Below are positions 61,901 through 64,000 of a stretch of 64,000 nucleotides of DNA, in pieces (positions within the stretch are counted from its first letter, which is position 1; each line of letters opens with the position of its first letter). The DNA lies in contig CM119378.1 in the NCBI GenBank assembly GCA_051294905.1, forward strand, positions 12,524,001 through 12,588,000, written 5' to 3'. Source of the DNA: Botryllus schlosseri. Its lineage: Eukaryota. Below the pieces are notes generated by a model that saw only the letters and a program-made list of their open reading frames with translations, had not been told where the DNA came from and did no database searches. Position numbers and translations under genes: made by a program.

Positions 61901-63694
61901 ATATTGGATTTTTGAGCCGATACCGATAAAACCGATATCCAGTACCTTCACCGATAACCCCGATATATTCAGCCGATATTCAAAAGATATGGAATCTATC
62001 TCAAGGCGCATATTTAACACCTCAAGAGTATTTAATTGAACATGTTTACAGCCATTGCTATACTTAACATGAAATGAATGATCTGGGGGGCAATAAAAAT
62101 ACATCAGTAGCACCAGTCTAGCAGTTGCGGATTACAGTTCACAAAACATAACTTTTCGGCGTTTTCTCCTGGGAGTGAACTTGTGTGGTATTCATAAATG
62201 ATGTAGGCTATACAGTACTAAACACAGTGAACAGTTTTTCACTTGGTACCGTAGTTGGTAGCACAGCAAGAACTGGGAATCTTTGTTTATTTTGGTTCCA
62301 CGACTGCAGGGGATCTTTTCTTCATTGGTTCCACCAAATATTGATATTCTTCTGGCAGTGCACCTGGAGCCTTCAGAACATCATTAACAGCTGAAGAGAA
62401 TGTTTAAAACAACTCAAATTGTTCACGTCCGCTCCACCCATCCCCTTGACTATGACCAGCATTTCAACAATCAGTTGATCAATCTTTTACACACTGTCAG
62501 AATTGGCCCATGTCATTATGGAATCAAAAACATTCGTATGAAATGTCGGCTCTACTCCCTTTTTGCTTGATTTTCTTGCACTCTATGGCCGCATATTCCT
62601 TATCATGGAGGCCCCTCAGTCAGATGACTCCATACATTACTGCTAATTTTCGCTTTGTTGGTACCGTACCGAGCCTTGGCTTGTGAGCTTCCTACACAGA
62701 CACCAACAGCACTATCTACAGGTAAATGTTTACACGCGACCCTTTTCTCTGTCATCACGACGGTCAGTCCAGCTTGAATGAAGTTTTCATTTCTCAAGTG
62801 AATCGATTGAAATCTTCTACATACAACTTTCCATTCACTCGATGTCTGCTCTCTGTCTCTGGTGTTCGATCACCGCAGGGGGATTCCCACTAAAGTGACT
62901 AGGGCATAACGGTGAAAGTATATTTTTCACATAGGGCGACTGTGCATTGCAGCTTGGCCATTTATCTTTATAATTTACTGACATTCAGTGAAGACTTCGC
63001 GTCTTCTCTGACTCCCTACGGCCATGTTGTGACGTCACGAAAATGGCCGATATTTTTTTACCTCCAATGGCCGATACCGATATTTCTTTCGAAGTGTGAT
63101 ATCATCTCGATATTATCGGCGAGCCGATAATCGGTCGGGCTCTAGTCATAACTGAAAAAATAGCTGTGTCAAGCAGAATTCAAGCTACTACACCCACCTT
63201 AACCGGGCTATCGTTGTAGAGCCAAGCTAAAAATTCGGCACTTGTCCAATACTTGGAATTTGCTTCCCACTCGCCATCGGACCAAACCAATTCGGGCTTG
63301 TATTTCATCACAATATCGTAAAGTTCTGGTATGGTCTTTTCACTGACATGACAACAAGTAGTCGGTTCAGTTTCACCATTCACAATAAAAAAATAGTACA
63401 CGATCTAACACAGTAGACCACTACATGTAACTGTTTGACATACTTGACAAAGTCTCGTGTCGTGAAGTTGTTCCTTTTGTCTTTCAGGTACAGAGGGTTG
63501 AACCACTCGTACAGAGAATGGTACAGCCCAAACTTTATGTCGGTCTCATTCCGAATGGCGTTGGCCAGCTCTCCGACAATGTCCCTGTGAGGGCCGACGT
63601 CCATCGAGTTCCAGTTGAAAGCAGTCGCAGACGGCCAGTTGCAGAAGCCTTCGTGATGCTTGCTGGTGAGAGCGATATACTTTGCACCAGAGGC
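55971..63694 (-). CDS. FUCA: Alpha-L-fucosidase (GH29), copy B, 5' exons lie beyond the window end
   Basis: Exons: 63694-63444 ([16 protein letters not shown]), 63342-63198 (VWSDGEW), 59615-59415 ([14 protein letters not shown]), 58956-58766 ([10 protein letters not shown]), 56214-55971 (YTSKG...[11 protein letters not shown]). The internal exon lengths 251/145/201/191 are identical to copy A. Confidence 0.93.
56421..57990. mobile_element. hAT deletion derivative with TGTAAT subterminal repeats and a transposase C-terminal remnant
   Basis: Ends (CA)CAGAATTGGATCAATTGTAAT / ATTGTAATTGATCCAACTCTG. GTTCACAG lies on both flanks, with a 2-bp offset on the left. The + strand ORF ends [17 protein letters not shown], resembling the end of the hAT dimerization domain. 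Confidence 0.7.
56842..57140. mobile_element. Buster-type MITE, 299 bp, nested in 56421-57990
   Basis: Ends CAGTGGTTCT / AGAACCAGTG; exact TSD GGCTAAAC. Confidence 0.88.
59684..61145. mobile_element. Buster-type hAT element, 1462 bp, in a FUCA-B intron
   Basis: TIRs CAGAGGTCTCAAAC / GTTTGAGACCTCTG; exact TSD CCATAAAC; a degenerate nested MITE probably spans ~60390-60675. Confidence 0.92.
61888..63144. mobile_element. hAT element, 1257 bp, with CCGATA subterminal repeats and a possible BED-finger remnant
   Basis: TIRs TAGAGCCCGACCGAT / ATCGGTCGGGCTCTA; exact TSD GTCATAAC. Minus-strand SNVWSHLT followed by a frameshifted IECKK (~62640-62560) resembles a decayed BED finger. Confidence 0.88.
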
Positions 63695-64000
63695 CTGTGA
63701 GGGTCGCCAGATTATAGTTCGACCCAGAGGTGGTCAGTAACTAAGTACTGTACCATACTAGTGTATTATATTATCCTATTTGCACTACTTTATCAAGTGG
63801 TTATGTTGCACTTCTAAGCAACCATTGTTACGCAAAACTACTTACTTTTAACAATTTCTATTTACTAAAGTAGAGAGCAGTTTTGGGATGTTTGAGTGCC
63901 ATTAATGAGTGAAATTCAACTGCCTTCATTAAAAGTTACTATTGATGTATTGAACCGTTTCGCACCTACTTATTTGATATTCTGCCAACCGCACTAAAAC

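Noticed and set aside
1-64000. Prokaryotic origin, or a horizontally acquired bacterial fucosidase
   Set aside because: Spliceosomal introns throughout; the fucosidases have metazoan-type sequence and shared intron positions.

Overview
Animal genomic DNA, probably an ascidian tunicate. This is an inference from many 54-67 bp introns, an intronless orphan 7TM family with a Y-x-F-L-W-L-R motif, and acceptor-like AGs just upstream of start codons. Genes in order: (1) the 3' part of an unrecognised type-I membrane protein with a long, tyrosine-motif-rich cytoplasmic tail (+, ~2.1-8.8 kb); (2) an intact intronless orphan 7TM receptor (+, 9522-10679); (3) its paralog (-, 22346-19158), split by a hAT MITE and a LINE but restorable to an open frame; (4) a complete 22-exon TUBGCP2 (-, 43675-27057) whose last intron is GC-AG; (5) two tandem GH29 alpha-L-fucosidases (-; one complete at 54814-44283, one running off the window end). 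At least ~28 kb (~44%, summed from the elements I could delimit) is transposon-derived. This includes many hAT elements with exact 8-bp TSDs, often nested, a dead Buster/Charlie transposase, two young L2/CR1-group LINE copies, a TTAA-flanked piggyBac-like element, a foldback element, and a Penelope-like GIY-YIG fragment with a candidate minimal hammerhead ribozyme. I found no rRNA, true tRNA or CRISPR array. All gene models were assembled by hand from splice sites, phase consistency and remembered homolog sequences; no database search was run.
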